Source: Pseudomonas aeruginosa | Lineage (GTDB): Bacteria; Pseudomonadota; Gammaproteobacteria; Pseudomonadales; Pseudomonadaceae | DNA length: 32,000 nt | Reading direction: 5' to 3' | Assembly: GCF_001457615.1 (NCBI RefSeq) | Contig: NZ_LN831024.1 | Location: forward strand, 6,210,001 to 6,242,000 | Shown: in pieces, positions 18,795 to 28,651 of the stretch | How the letters are laid out: each line of letters begins with the position of its first letter | Position numbering within the stretch: the first letter of the stretch is position 1 | Notes under the pieces: model-generated | What the model was told of the DNA's origin: nothing | The model's input: the letters and a program-made list of their open reading frames with translations, nothing else | The model's database searches: none | Program-made: the position numbers and the translations under genes

Positions 18795-20810
18795 TCAGGC
18801 CACTTCCAGGCGGTCCCGGCCGGCGCGCTTGGCTCGATACAGCGCCTGGTCGGCACGCTCGAAAACCGCTTCGCCGGCCTCGTTGCCTTCGAACGCGGTG
18901 ATGCCGGCGGAACAGGTGATGCTCAGGGGCTCGCCCTTGAAATGGAACGGACAGGCGGCGATCGCCGCGCGCAGCCGTTCGAGCAGTTGCCGGCCGGCTT
19001 CCAGGGACGTGGCCGGGAGCAGGACGACGAACTCCTCGCCGCCGAAACGGGCGATGAAATCGGCCTGGCGCAACCGTTTGCGCAATTCGCCGGCAATGAT
19101 CTTCAGCACCTTGTCCCCGGCCAGGTGGCCGAAGTCGTCGTTGATCCGCTTGAAGTGGTCGATGTCCAGCACCGCCAGCAGCAGATCGCCGCCGTCCCGG
19201 TGCCGGCGCGCCACTTCCTGTTCCAGGCGCTCGCTGAGCGCCGCGCGGTTGGGCAGGCCGGTCAGCGGATCGGTCAGGGCTTTCTGTCGCTGGTCCTCCA
19301 GGTGGCTGTGGAACGCCTTGGCATCCTGCTCCATGCTGTTGACCCGCTCCATCAGCGCCTGCAGGCGGCCGGACACCTCCTGTTCGTGCTCGGCCTGTTC
19401 GCGCTGGTGTTCGTCCATGGAGGCAAGCAGGCCGTTCAGCCGGCTGTCCACCGCCAGCTTGAGGCTGTTCAGGTCGGTCGCCTGCTGCACGCTGGCCTGC
19501 AGGCCACTGACCTGCTCACGCAGCGATTGGTCGAAGCCGCGCGCGTTGTCCAGCACGTCGGTATAGCCGGCGTGGGCGTCGCCCAGGTGGCCGAGGAAGC
19601 TTTCCAGGCGCTCGTTGAGTTGCCGCAGGTATTCCTCGAAGTCGCGCTGGCCACTGTCCGCCAGGGACAGCACCAGCACCGCCAGGTCGTCGAGTACCGG
19701 CACCAGCTCATACCAGTTCAGGCTGCCATCGATCCGCTCCCGCAGCGCCTCGGCCTGGGGCTGGTGGCTGCTCGGCAGGGACAGGCCGTCGAGCAGCCGC
19801 AGCAGGCTGGCCTCGATGTGCGGCGCCACCGCGCTGTAGCCGGGCTCCGGTATCGGCGGCGGCAGTTCGTAGGCCTCGTCTACCGCCTGCCCGTCGAGGT
19901 TATCCACAGGAGTGGCCGGAGCTTCGGGCGCGCTTTCAACGTCCGCCGGCATTGCGGGCGACGGCTCCGCACCCGCTTCTTCCAGCGTCTCGCTAAAGCT
20001 CAGGCCGGCCGGTAGCGGCAGGCTGTCGAGCCAGATTTCCCGGGGCTCATCCAGCAGGATCTGGTTCGGCTCGCCACGCTCGGCGACCCCGACCCAACCC
20101 GCTGGCGCGCTTTCGATGGCGGCGACCGTGCGGGCGGGCAACGGCTGCGGCGGACCGCCTGGCGCCTCGTCGTGCTCGGCGACCGGCAGGGACGGCGCGG
20201 CCGCCGCCGGTTGGATCGGTGTATTGCTTGCCGCCACAACGGACGGCACCGATGCGCTCGGCTCCGCGGTGGTTTCCGACTCCTTGCCGCCGAACAGGCG
20301 TTGCAACAGGCTCGGGCGACCGTCTTCGGCATCGCCGCCCTTGCGCTCGGCCAGCGCCTGGCGTTGCAGCCTGCTCAGCTCGCTGAGCAGGATCGGAATC
20401 TCGCGCGACTGCCGGGCGCGCTCCTCGATATCGCGGGCGAACTGCTTCAGCGGCTTGCGCAGTTCCCGCGGCAGGTCCAGGGCCAGCAACTGCTGGGCCA
20501 GTTCGCCGAGAGCATCGATGTTCTGCTGGGTGCGTTGCTGGCGGCGCTGTTCGGAGTCGAGCACGGCCTTTTCCAGGCGCGGAATCAGGCCCGACAGGCC
20601 GGCGTCCATGTCGTCGCGACGGAGGATCTCGCGCAGCTCCTTCATGCACTGGTCGACCGCCTTGTCGCTGCCTTCGGCCGCCAGACTGCTACGCACCAGG
20701 CCGCGACGCAGCAGGTCGATCCGGGCATCCCAGCGCCGTTGCAGGCGCTCCTGCTGCTCGATGTTCTCCAGGTACTTGTCTTTCCAGCGCTGGACGTCGT
20801 CGCGACTCAT
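18795..20810 (-). CDS. dgcH: Diguanylate cyclase DgcH (GGDEF domain with GGEEF active site; long coiled-coil and low-complexity N-terminal region)
   Basis: Lies within ORF 18795..21512. The start is the ATG at 20810 ([20 protein letters not shown]), giving 671 aa. The C-terminal GGDEF domain contains [12 protein letters not shown]. The ATG overlaps the stop codon of the upstream EEP gene (ATGA at 20810..20807). Confidence 0.88.
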   Translation of the reverse strand: MSRDDVQRWKDKYLENIEQQERLQRRWDARIDLLRRGLVRSSLAAEGSDKAVDQCMKELREILRRDDMDAGLSGLIPRLEKAVLDSEQRRQQRTQQNIDALGELAQQLLALDLPRELRKPLKQFARDIEERARQSREIPILLSELSRLQRQALAERKGGDAEDGRPSLLQRLFGGKESETTAEPSASVPSVVAASNTPIQPAAAAPSLPVAEHDEAPGGPPQPLPARTVAAIESAPAGWVGVAERGEPNQILLDEPREIWLDSLPLPAGLSFSETLEEAGAEPSPAMPADVESAPEAPATPVDNLDGQAVDEAYELPPPIPEPGYSAVAPHIEASLLRLLDGLSLPSSHQPQAEALRERIDGSLNWYELVPVLDDLAVLVLSLADSGQRDFEEYLRQLNERLESFLGHLGDAHAGYTDVLDNARGFDQSLREQVSGLQASVQQATDLNSLKLAVDSRLNGLLASMDEHQREQAEHEQEVSGRLQALMERVNSMEQDAKAFHSHLEDQRQKALTDPLTGLPNRAALSERLEQEVARRHRDGGDLLLAVLDIDHFKRINDDFGHLAGDKVLKIIAGELRKRLRQADFIARFGGEEFVVLLPATSLEAGRQLLERLRAAIAACPFHFKGEPLSITCSAGITAFEGNEAGEAVFERADQALYRAKRAGRDRLEVA

Positions 20811-21685
20811 GGCGGACTCCCGGCATCCCCGCGCACGACCAAGGCCTTGTCGCGCAGGTTGTCCGGCAGGCGAATCTCCACCGATACCGGCAGATGGTCG
20901 GAGATCGGCTGGTCGAGCACGTCGACCCGCTCGAGAGCGAGATCGGAACTGAGCAGGATGTGATCGAGATTGCGCTGCGGCCGCCAACTGGGAAACGTCG
21001 CCTCGACCTGCGGCGCCATCAGGCCGAGGTCGCGCAGGGGCGAGTTTTCCAGAAGATCGACGGCGTGGGTGTTCATGTCGCCCATCAGCACCTGGTGGCG
21101 GTAGTCGCCGATCAGCTCGCGGATATAGGCGAGCTGGCGGGTGCGGGTGCGAGCGCCGAGAGCGAGATGCATCATCACTACCACCAGCGCGTCGGCGCCT
21201 TCGCCAAAGCGCACGAAGATCGCGCCGCGTCCCGGCGGACCGGGCAACGGATGATCTTCCAGCAGGGTCGGCCGCCAGCGGCTGAGCAGGCCGTTGCTGT
21301 GCTGGGCGATACGCCCGAGGTTGCGGTTGAGCTGCTGGTACCAGTAGGGGAACGCCCCCAACTGGGCCAAGTGCTCGACCTGATTGACGTAGCCGGAACG
21401 CAGGCTGCCGCCGTCGGCTTCCTGGAGGGCGACGAGGTCGTAGTCGGCGAGCAGTTCGCCGATCCGCTTCAGGTTGGTCGCCCGCCCCGCGTGGGGCAGC
21501 AGGTGCTGCCAACCGCGGGTCAGGTAGTGGCGGTAGCGCTCGGTGCTGATACCGACCTGGATGTTGAAGCTGAGAAGGCGCAGGCGGCCGTCGTCGGGCA
21601 GCTCCCGCGAATCGTCACAGGAGGGGTTCACTCGCGGGTCGCAGCTGCCTGCGACCCGAGGTTCACGCTGCCAGCGGCGCAACAT
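20807..21685 (-). CDS. Endonuclease/exonuclease/phosphatase (EEP) family protein (PA5488 homologue)
   Basis: 292-aa ORF with AAGGTGA upstream of the ATG. It shows EEP-type motifs: [21 protein letters not shown] and SDHLPV. Confidence 0.82.
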   Translation of the reverse strand: MLRRWQREPRVAGSCDPRVNPSCDDSRELPDDGRLRLLSFNIQVGISTERYRHYLTRGWQHLLPHAGRATNLKRIGELLADYDLVALQEADGGSLRSGYVNQVEHLAQLGAFPYWYQQLNRNLGRIAQHSNGLLSRWRPTLLEDHPLPGPPGRGAIFVRFGEGADALVVVMMHLALGARTRTRQLAYIRELIGDYRHQVLMGDMNTHAVDLLENSPLRDLGLMAPQVEATFPSWRPQRNLDHILLSSDLALERVDVLDQPISDHLPVSVEIRLPDNLRDKALVVRGDAGSPP

Positions 21686-21700
21686 GCCGAATCACCTTGC

Positions 21701-22336
21701 CTACTTCTTGGCCGCTGCGCGCTCTTTCTCGATCAGGTAGTCGGCCAGCTTGAGGGTTTCCTCCGGACCACCGGCGGAGCCGATGTCGAAGCGGTATTTG
21801 CCATTGACCACCATGGTCGGTACGCCGGTGACCTGGTAGGCCATCGCCAGCTTCTTGGCCTTTTCCATCTGGCCCTTGATGGCAAAGGAATTATAGGTGC
21901 TCAGGAATTTTTCCTTGTCCACGCCCTTGCCGGCGAGGAAATCGGCCATTTCTTCCGGAGTGGCGAGCTTCTTGTGCTCCTTGTGGATCGCCTCGAACAC
22001 GGCGTTGTGTACGTCATGCTCGACGCCCATGCTTTCCAGGGTCAGGAACATCTGCCCATGGACGTTCCAGATACCGCCGAACAGGGCAGGCAGGCGCACG
22101 AAATGGACATCTGCCGGCAGCTTCTCGCTCCACGGCACGATGGTCGGCTCGAACGCGTAGCAATGCGGGCAGCCATACCAGAACAGTTCCACCACTTCGA
22201 TCTTGCCCGGCTGGGACACCGGCACCGGGCTGCTCAGCTCGACGTATTCCTTGCCGGCGGTATAGTCGTCGGCCTGGGCGGCCATGCCGAACAGGCTGGC
22301 CATGGCCAGCATGGCGGTGAGAATCAGGTTACGCAT
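21701..22336 (-). CDS. dsbA: Periplasmic thiol:disulfide oxidoreductase DsbA
   Basis: 211 aa with a signal peptide and the CPHC active site (FWYGCPHCYAF). AGGAG lies upstream of the ATG. Confidence 0.95.
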   Translation of the reverse strand: MRNLILTAMLAMASLFGMAAQADDYTAGKEYVELSSPVPVSQPGKIEVVELFWYGCPHCYAFEPTIVPWSEKLPADVHFVRLPALFGGIWNVHGQMFLTLESMGVEHDVHNAVFEAIHKEHKKLATPEEMADFLAGKGVDKEKFLSTYNSFAIKGQMEKAKKLAMAYQVTGVPTMVVNGKYRFDIGSAGGPEETLKLADYLIEKERAAAKK

Positions 22337-22443
22337 CGTTCACTCCTAGGCGAGGTCAGTGCCGCTCTCCGGCCGGGTTCGGCCCGGTCAGTTCGACCGG
22401 GGGGAGCGGTCACGGGTTCCAGCATTGTAGCGATGGCGGACGC

Positions 22444-22472
22444 AAAAAAGGGCAGCCGAGGCCACCCTTTTT
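22444..22472 (-). terminator. Rho-independent terminator downstream of cc4 (A-run, hairpin, T-run; bidirectional in form)
   Basis: The sequence is AAAAAAGGGCAGCCgaGGCCACCCTTTTT, about 30 nt past the cc4 stop on the minus strand. The stem has a 2x2 internal mismatch and U-runs on both strands. Confidence 0.7.
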
Positions 22473-22503
22473 CATACATCTTTTTTGCCGTGCTACGCAG
22501 CGA

Positions 22504-23109
22504 TCAGTGCAGACCCTGGATGTAGCTGGAAATCGCGGCGATGTCCTTGTTCGACAGCTTGGCGGCGATGGACTGCATGATCTTGGTGTCGCCGTCGTTG
22601 GTGCGGGTACCTTCGCGGAAGTCGGTCAGCTGCTTGGCCACGTAGGTCGCGTGCTGGCCGCCCAGGTGCGGGAAACCGGCGGTTGCGATGCCGACGCCGC
22701 TCGGGGAATGGCAACCGGTGCAGGCCGGCATGCCTTCGGCGATCTTGCCGCCGCGGAACAGCGCTTCGCCCTGGGCCACCAGGTTCGGATCGGCCATGCC
22801 GACGCTCATCTTCTGGCTGGCGAAGTAGGCGGCGATGTCGGCCAGGTCCTGGTCGCTGAGGTTGGTCAGCAGCCCGGTCATTTCCAGCACGGTACGCTTG
22901 CCGTCCTTGATGTCATGCATCTGCTTGAGCAGGTAACGCTCGCCCTGGCCGGCCAGTTTCGGGAAGTTCGGCGCCGGGCTGTTGCCATCCGCACCGTGAC
23001 AGGCGCCGCACACCGCGGCTTTCGCCTGGCCCGCGGCGGCATCGCCAGCGGCATGGGCAAGGCCGGTCAGACCCAGGGTCAACAGCAGACTCACGAGAAG
23101 TTTGTTCAT
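22504..23109 (-). CDS. cc4: Di-haem cytochrome c4
   Basis: 201 aa with a signal peptide and two CxxCH haem sites (CGACHGADG and CTGCHSPSG). Confidence 0.93.
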   Translation of the reverse strand: MNKLLVSLLLTLGLTGLAHAAGDAAAGQAKAAVCGACHGADGNSPAPNFPKLAGQGERYLLKQMHDIKDGKRTVLEMTGLLTNLSDQDLADIAAYFASQKMSVGMADPNLVAQGEALFRGGKIAEGMPACTGCHSPSGVGIATAGFPHLGGQHATYVAKQLTDFREGTRTNDGDTKIMQSIAAKLSNKDIAAISSYIQGLH

Positions 23110-23154
23110 CAGCTAATCCAATTACGGCTAAGGGTGAAAGATAGTGGGCTTCGG

Positions 23155-23448
23155 CTACTTCTTCACCATCCACTGGATGGTTGCCTGGTAGTCTTCGGCA
23201 CTGCAGTCGGTGCACAGGCCGCGGGGCGGCATGGCGTTGAATCCGTTGGTCACATGCTGGACCAGGGTCGGCATGCCCTTGGCCAGCCGCGGCTCCCAGG
23301 CGGCATGGTCGCCCTTTTTCGGCGCCATCGGCAGCTGGCCGTCGTGACACGCGCCACAGGTCCGGTTGAACACTGCTTCCGGGTCCTGCGCCGCCTGCGC
23401 CGTAACGGCCACCGCAACGACTGTCGCTGCGAGCAGCAGTTTCTTCAT
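23155..23448 (-). CDS. Mono-haem cytochrome c5-type protein (PA5491 homologue)
   Basis: ORF 23155..23616. The ATG at 23448 (MKKLLLAATVVAVAVTAQA, a signal peptide) is preceded by GAGGA 6 nt upstream. There is a single CGACH haem site. Confidence 0.85.
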   Translation of the reverse strand: MKKLLLAATVVAVAVTAQAAQDPEAVFNRTCGACHDGQLPMAPKKGDHAAWEPRLAKGMPTLVQHVTNGFNAMPPRGLCTDCSAEDYQATIQWMVKK

Positions 23449-23619
23449 GATCGTCCTCATCAGGGGGAACGCCCGCGTTCTACCGCGCGGAAAATGCTCT
23501 GTCCGTTCCCGCGCGCGCTCGACCCTGGGGGATAAAGCGCACACAAAATCCGCGGCATTATATACTTCCGATACCGAAACGGAAACGAAACAGCCCCCCG
23601 CGACACCGAGTCGCACCCC

Positions 23620-23628
23620 TGTGGATAA
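23620..23628 (-). promoter_or_regulatory. Perfect DnaA box (TGTGGATAA on + strand) ending 3 nt upstream of the engB ATG
   Basis: Read directly: cccCTGTGGATAACccATG. It has the same extended 11-mer (CTGTGGATAAC) as the box at 12620..12630. Confidence 0.5.
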
Positions 23629-23631
23629 CCC

Positions 23632-24279
23632 ATGTCAGAGAAGAACCCCATCGTCGGCCTGTGCCAGAAGGCCAGCTTTCTCATCAGTGCCGCCCAGGTC
23701 GACCAGTGCCCCCCCGACGAAGGCTTGGAAGTCGCTTTCGCCGGGCGCTCCAATGCCGGCAAGTCGAGCGCGCTGAACACCCTCACCCACGCCAACCTGG
23801 CGCGCACCTCGAAAACCCCGGGACGTACCCAACTGCTCAATTTCTTCGCCCTGGACGACTCGCGGCGCCTGGTGGACCTGCCCGGCTACGGCTACGCGAA
23901 GGTGCCGATCCCCCTGAAGCAGCACTGGCAGCGCCACCTGGAAGCCTACCTGAGCAGCCGCGCAAGCCTGGCCGGGGTGTTCCTGATGATGGACATCCGC
24001 CACCCGCTCACCGACTTCGACCGACTGATGCTGGATTGGGCCCAGGCCAGCCAGCTACCGATCCATGTACTGATGACCAAGGCCGATAAGCTGGCCTTCG
24101 GCGCGGCCAAGAACGCCCTGCTCAAGGTACGCCGGGAAGTCCAGCAAGGCTGGGGCGACGTCGCCACCCTGCAACTGTTCTCCGCGCCCAAGCGCCAGGG
24201 CGTCGACGAGGCGCAAATGGTCCTGGCGCAATGGCTGGGCCTGCTGGACGAGGAACAAGAGGCGTTCGAGGAAGCCTGA
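23632..24279 (+). CDS. engB: Ribosome-biogenesis GTPase EngB/YihA
   Basis: 215 aa with the G1 motif [18 protein letters not shown] (G3) and TKADK (G4). Confidence 0.93.
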   Translation: MSEKNPIVGLCQKASFLISAAQVDQCPPDEGLEVAFAGRSNAGKSSALNTLTHANLARTSKTPGRTQLLNFFALDDSRRLVDLPGYGYAKVPIPLKQHWQRHLEAYLSSRASLAGVFLMMDIRHPLTDFDRLMLDWAQASQLPIHVLMTKADKLAFGAAKNALLKVRREVQQGWGDVATLQLFSAPKRQGVDEAQMVLAQWLGLLDEEQEAFEEA

Positions 24280-24288
24280 ATTCCAGGC

Positions 24289-24333
24289 AAAAAAAACCCC
24301 GAGCTTCGTATGGGGAGGGGGAAGTTCGGGGTT
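24289..24333 (-). terminator. Rho-independent terminator of the sRNA (AACCCCGAACUUC-loop-GAAGCUCGGGGUU followed by U-run); the same hairpin lies 16 nt past the engB stop on the + strand
   Basis: A 13-position stem with one A-C mismatch on the minus strand (G-U on the plus strand). An 8-nt T-run on the minus strand corresponds to the A-run at 24289..24296 on the plus strand. Confidence 0.8.
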
Positions 24334-24420
24334 CAAGTCCGGACCGCTAGGGCGGGGTCCAGGAATCTGCCAACACTAAACACTGCAAAGGAGCATCGAA
24401 GGGCTCAAGAAGCCATTCGT
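24289..24420 (-). ncRNA. ersA: About 132-nt envelope-stress sRNA matching the published location, size and sigma-22 dependence of ErsA
   Basis: On the minus strand, GAACTT-N17-TCAGA (24452..24425) is followed about 5 nt later by ACGAAUGGCUUCUUGAGCC... The transcript has an unpaired U-rich stretch (CCUUUGCAGUGUUUAGUGUUGG) and an internal hairpin (GGACCccgcccuagcGGUCC). It ends in a terminator hairpin plus UUUUUUUU at 24289. No comparable promoter and terminator pair exists on the plus strand. Confidence 0.72.
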
Positions 24421-24424
24421 GTGT

Positions 24425-24452
24425 TCTGACTGTCGGCAAAACGGGAAAGTTC
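24425..24452 (-). promoter_or_regulatory. AlgU/sigma-22 (RpoE-type) promoter: GAACTT (24452..24447), N17, TCAGA (24429..24425)
   Basis: The -35 element matches GAACTT exactly. The -10 element matches 4 of 5 positions of the TCTGA consensus, at 17-nt spacing. Confidence 0.65.
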
Positions 24453-24511
24453 AGCGCACCGCGAAAAACTTTTCCACGGCACCCTCACCGGGCACTCCGG
24501 ACCTGCTCGCA

Positions 24512-24530
24512 AGGCCCGCCACACGGGCCT
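24512..24530 (-). terminator. Weak terminator-like hairpin just past the polA stop (AGGCCCG-ugugg-CGGGCCU)
   Basis: A 7-bp GC stem lies 13 nt downstream of the polA stop and is followed only by UUGCG. Read-through into the sRNA promoter region is plausible. Confidence 0.35.
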
Positions 24531-24542
24531 CGCAACCGTTCA

Positions 24543-27284
24543 TCAGTGGGCTTCGTCCCAGTTCGAACCGACACCCGCCTCGACCACCAGCGGTACGTCC
24601 AGGGTCGCCGCTCCGCTCATCAGCGGGCGGATTCCCTCGCGCACCTGCTCGACCAGGTCCTCGCGCACTTCCAGCACCAGTTCGTCGTGCACCTGGAGGA
24701 TCACCCGGGCATCGAGGCCGCTTTCCTGCAGCCAGTTATCCACAGCGACCATGGCGCGCTTCATGATGTCCGCCGCCGTGCCCTGCATCGGCGCGTTGAT
24801 CGCGGTGCGCTCGGCGGCCTTGCGCATGGCGCCGTTCTTCGAATGGATCTCCGGCAGGTACAGGCGACGGCCGAACAGGGTTTCGACGAAGCCCTGCTCC
24901 GCGGCCTGGGCGCGGGTCCGTTCCATGTACGCCAGGACGCCGGGGTAGCGGGCGAAGTAACGGTCGATGTAGGCCTGGGCCTCCTTGCGCTCGACGCCGA
25001 TCTGCTTGGCCAGGCCGAAGGCGCTCATGCCGTAGATCAATCCGAAGTTGATCGCCTTGGCGCTGCGTCGCTGGTCGCCGCTGACGTCTTCCAGCGGCAC
25101 GCCGAAGACTTCCGCCGCGGTGGCGCGGTGTACGTCCAGGTCGTGGCGGAAGGCATCCAGCAGGCCATCGTCCTTGGCCAGGTGGGCCATGATCCGCAGC
25201 TCGATCTGCGAGTAGTCCGCGGCCAATAGCTTGTAGCCCTGCGGCGCGACGAACGCCTGGCGGATGCGCCGGCCCTCCGCGGTACGGATCGGGATGTTCT
25301 GCAGGTTCGGGTCGCTCGACGACAGCCGCCCGGTAGCCGCCACCGCCTGGTGGTATGAGGTATGGATGCGTCCGGTACGCGGGTTGATCTGCTCGGGCAG
25401 GCGGTCGGTGTAGGTGCTCTTGAGCTTGCTCATGGAGCGGTACTGCATGATCACCTTGGGCAGCTCGAAGTCCTGCTCGGCCAGTTCGGCGAGCACTGCC
25501 TCGGCGGTGGACGGCTGGCCGGTCGCGGTCTTGCTCAGAACCGGCAGGCCGAGCTTGTCGTAGAGGATCGCGCCGAGCTGCTTGGGCGAGCCGAGGTTGA
25601 ATTCCTGCCCTGCCAGGTCGTATGCCTGGCGCTCCAGGGCGACCATCTTCTCGCCCAGTTCGCGGCTCTGGATGCCCAGCAGGTTGGCGTCGACCAGCGC
25701 GCCGTTGCGCTCGATCCGCGCCAGCACCGGTACCAGCGGCATCTCGATGTCGGTCAGGACCCTGGCCAGGGACGGGATCGCCTCCAGCTTCTGCCACAGG
25801 GCCTGGTGCAGGCGCAGGGTCACGTCGGCGTCCTCCGCCGCATAGGGCCCGGCCTGTTCGATGGCGATCTGGTCGAAGGTCAGTTGCTTGGCGCCCTTGC
25901 CGGCGATGTCCTCGAAACGGATGGTGCTGTGGCCGAGGTACTTCAGGGCCAGGCTGTCCATGTCGTGGCGAGTGGCGGTGGAGTCCAGCACATAGGACTC
26001 GAGCATGGTGTCGTAGGCTACGCCCCGCAGCGCGATGGGGGTGCTGGCATTGGCCAGGACATTGATGTCGTACTTGGCATGCTGGCCGACCTTGAGCTTC
26101 TTCGGATCCTCCAGCAGCGGTTTCAACGCACGCAGCACCGCGTCACGATCCAGTTGCTCCGGAACGCCCATGTAGCTGTGGGCCAGCGGCACGTAGGCGG
26201 CCTCGCCCTCCTTCACGGCGAAGGACACCCCCACCACCTGCGCCTGCTGGGCGTCGATGCTGGTGGTCTCGGTATCGAAGGCGATCAGCTCGGCCTCCTC
26301 CAGCTTCTTCAGCCAGGCGTCGAATCCGGCCTGGTCGAGCACCACGTCGTAGTCGACCTCGGCCTGGATAGGCGTTTCCGCCTCGCCGTTCTCGCCGGCC
26401 TCCTTGGCCTCGCGCAGGAGGTCGTCCAGCCAGTTCTTGAACTCCAGCTCGCGGTACAGGGCGATCAGCGCTTCGCGCTGCGGCTCGCCGGGATACAGCT
26501 TGTCGATCTCCACGTCCAGTTCGACGTCGGTCTTGATGGTCGCCAGTTGATAGGACAGGAACGCCTGCTCGCGATTTTCCTCGAGCTTCGCCGGCAAGCC
26601 CTTGGCGCCGCGGATCGGTAGCTCGGGCACCTTGTCCAGGCTGGCGTAGAGCACCTCCAGGCCGCCACCGACACCGGTCAGCAGGCCCAGCGCGGTTTTC
26701 TCGCCGACACCCGGAACGCCGGGGATGTTGTCGACCTTGTCGCCCATCAGGGCGAGGAAATCGATGATCAGCTCAGGACCGACGCCGAATTTCTCTTTCA
26801 CGCCATCCACGTCGAGGCGGCTACCGGTCATGGTGTTGACCAGCGTAATGTGCCCGTCGACCAGTTGCGCCATGTCCTTGTCGCCGGTGGAAATCACCAC
26901 CGGGCGGTCAGCCGCGGCGCTGCTGCGCGCCAGGGTGCCGATCACGTCGTCGGCCTCGACCCCCTCCACGCACAGCAGCGGCAGGCCGAGGGCGCGGACG
27001 CTGGCATGCAGCGGCTCGACCTGGACCCGCAGGTCGTCGGGCATCGACGGCCGGTTGGCCTTGTACTCGGCGAACAGCTCGTCGCGGAAGGTCGGGCCCT
27101 TGGCGTCGAAGACCACCGCGAACGGGCTGTCCGGGTACTGCTTGCGCAGGCTCAGGAGCATGTTCAGCACGCCCTTCACCGCACCGGTGGGCTTGCCGGT
27201 CGAGGTGGTCAGCGGCGGCAGGGCATGGAAGGCGCGGTACAGGTACGAGGAACCGTCCACCAGGACGAGGGGCGCTTGGCTCAT
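24543..27284 (-). CDS. polA: DNA polymerase I
   Basis: ORF 24543..27296, whose first codon is TTG. The first ATG, at 27284, gives [19 protein letters not shown] (913 aa). The 5'-nuclease, 3'-5' exonuclease and Klenow polymerase motifs are all recognisable ([29 protein letters not shown]). Confidence 0.96.
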   Translation of the reverse strand: MSQAPLVLVDGSSYLYRAFHALPPLTTSTGKPTGAVKGVLNMLLSLRKQYPDSPFAVVFDAKGPTFRDELFAEYKANRPSMPDDLRVQVEPLHASVRALGLPLLCVEGVEADDVIGTLARSSAAADRPVVISTGDKDMAQLVDGHITLVNTMTGSRLDVDGVKEKFGVGPELIIDFLALMGDKVDNIPGVPGVGEKTALGLLTGVGGGLEVLYASLDKVPELPIRGAKGLPAKLEENREQAFLSYQLATIKTDVELDVEIDKLYPGEPQREALIALYRELEFKNWLDDLLREAKEAGENGEAETPIQAEVDYDVVLDQAGFDAWLKKLEEAELIAFDTETTSIDAQQAQVVGVSFAVKEGEAAYVPLAHSYMGVPEQLDRDAVLRALKPLLEDPKKLKVGQHAKYDINVLANASTPIALRGVAYDTMLESYVLDSTATRHDMDSLALKYLGHSTIRFEDIAGKGAKQLTFDQIAIEQAGPYAAEDADVTLRLHQALWQKLEAIPSLARVLTDIEMPLVPVLARIERNGALVDANLLGIQSRELGEKMVALERQAYDLAGQEFNLGSPKQLGAILYDKLGLPVLSKTATGQPSTAEAVLAELAEQDFELPKVIMQYRSMSKLKSTYTDRLPEQINPRTGRIHTSYHQAVAATGRLSSSDPNLQNIPIRTAEGRRIRQAFVAPQGYKLLAADYSQIELRIMAHLAKDDGLLDAFRHDLDVHRATAAEVFGVPLEDVSGDQRRSAKAINFGLIYGMSAFGLAKQIGVERKEAQAYIDRYFARYPGVLAYMERTRAQAAEQGFVETLFGRRLYLPEIHSKNGAMRKAAERTAINAPMQGTAADIMKRAMVAVDNWLQESGLDARVILQVHDELVLEVREDLVEQVREGIRPLMSGAATLDVPLVVEAGVGSNWDEAH

Positions 27285-27361
27285 GAGGGGAATCAACCTT
27301 TTCCGGAGACCAGGGCGTGTAGAATGAACCCTGGACGATTCGATAAAGGAGCAAGGTTACC

Positions 27362-27652
27362 ATGCGTACGCTGAACCGCTTGATGCTCGCCGGACTGCTG
27401 GCGTTCGCCCCGCTCGTCGCGATGGCGGCGGACGACGACGCGCCCTCCGGCGAGCCCGACGTAACCATCCGCCAGGAGGGCGACAAGACCATCCAGGAAT
27501 ACCGCGTGAATGGCTTCCTCTACGCCATCAAGGTGGTTCCCAAGCATGGCAAACCCTATTTCCTGGTCCGCGCCGACGGCAGCGATGGCAACTTCATTCG
27601 CTCCGACCAGCCGGACAAGCTGATTCCACAATGGGAGATCTTCAGCTGGTGA
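27362..27652 (+). CDS. Small secreted protein of unknown function, DUF2782-like (PA5494 homologue)
   Basis: 96 aa with signal peptide MRTLNRLMLAGLLAFAPLVAMA. The core is conserved-looking (TIQEYRVNGFLYAIKVVPKHGKPYFLV). The gene is divergent from polA. Confidence 0.75.
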   Translation: MRTLNRLMLAGLLAFAPLVAMAADDDAPSGEPDVTIRQEGDKTIQEYRVNGFLYAIKVVPKHGKPYFLVRADGSDGNFIRSDQPDKLIPQWEIFSW

Positions 27653-27685
27653 TGTGCATTTCCAACCTGGCGAGGCCGCGCTGAC

Positions 27686-28636
27686 ATGTCGGTGTTCACC
27701 CCACTCGAACGCTCGACCCTGGAAGCCTTCCTCGCCCCCTACGACCTGGGCCGCCTGCGGGATTTCCGTGGCATCGCCGAAGGCTCCGAGAACAGCAACT
27801 TCTTCGTCAGCCTGGAACACGGCGAGTTCGTCCTGACCCTGGTCGAGCGCGGCCCGGTGCAGGACCTGCCGTTCTTCATCGAACTGCTCGACGTGCTCCA
27901 CGAGGACGGCCTGCCGGTGCCCTACGCCCTGCGCACCCGCGACGGCGAGGCCCTGCGCCGTCTCGAAGGCAAGCCGGCGCTGCTGCAACCGCGCCTGGCC
28001 GGCCGCCACGAGCGGCAGCCGAACGCCCACCACTGCCAGGAAGTGGGCGATCTGCTCGGCCACCTTCACGCCGCCACCCGCGGGCGCATCCTCGAACGCC
28101 CGAGCGACCGTGGCCTGCCCTGGATGCTGGAACAAGGTGCCAACCTCGCCCCGCGACTACCGGAACAGGCCCGCGCCCTGCTCGCCCCGGCCCTGGCGGA
28201 GATCGCCGCGCTGGATGCCGAGCGTCCAGCGCTGCCGCGCGCCAACCTGCATGCCGACCTGTTCCGCGACAACGTGCTGTTCGACGGCCCGCACCTGGCC
28301 GGCCTGATCGACTTCTACAACGCCTGCTCCGGCTGGATGCTCTACGACCTGGCGATCACCCTGAACGACTGGTGCTCCAATACCGACGGCAGCCTGGACC
28401 CGGCCCGCGCCCGCGCCCTGCTCGCCGCCTACGCCAACCGCCGGCCGTTCACCGCGCTGGAAGCCGAGCACTGGCCGAGCATGCTGCGGGTCGCCTGCGT
28501 GCGCTTCTGGCTGTCGCGACTGATCGCCGCCGAGGCGTTCGCCGGACAGGACGTGCTGATCCATGATCCGGCGGAGTTCGAGATGCGCCTGGCGCAACGG
28601 CAGAACGTGGAGATTCATTTGCCGTTTGCGTTGTAG
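27686..28636 (+). CDS. thrB: Homoserine kinase, Pseudomonas-type (aminoglycoside-phosphotransferase fold)
   Basis: 316 aa with an APH-fold pattern: GIAEGSENSNFFV, catalytic HADLFRDNVLF and IDFYNAC. Confidence 0.9.
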   Translation: MSVFTPLERSTLEAFLAPYDLGRLRDFRGIAEGSENSNFFVSLEHGEFVLTLVERGPVQDLPFFIELLDVLHEDGLPVPYALRTRDGEALRRLEGKPALLQPRLAGRHERQPNAHHCQEVGDLLGHLHAATRGRILERPSDRGLPWMLEQGANLAPRLPEQARALLAPALAEIAALDAERPALPRANLHADLFRDNVLFDGPHLAGLIDFYNACSGWMLYDLAITLNDWCSNTDGSLDPARARALLAAYANRRPFTALEAEHWPSMLRVACVRFWLSRLIAAEAFAGQDVLIHDPAEFEMRLAQRQNVEIHLPFAL

Positions 28637-28651
28637 GCAGGAACCACAGGA

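Noticed and set aside
24280-24542. Plus-strand (engB-sense) orientation for the intergenic sRNA
   Set aside because: No GAACTT-type or sigma-70-like promoter followed by a terminator with a U-run is present on the plus strand. The minus strand gives an exact -35 element, correct spacing and a 132-nt product ending in 8 U. The orientation still needs experimental or literature confirmation.
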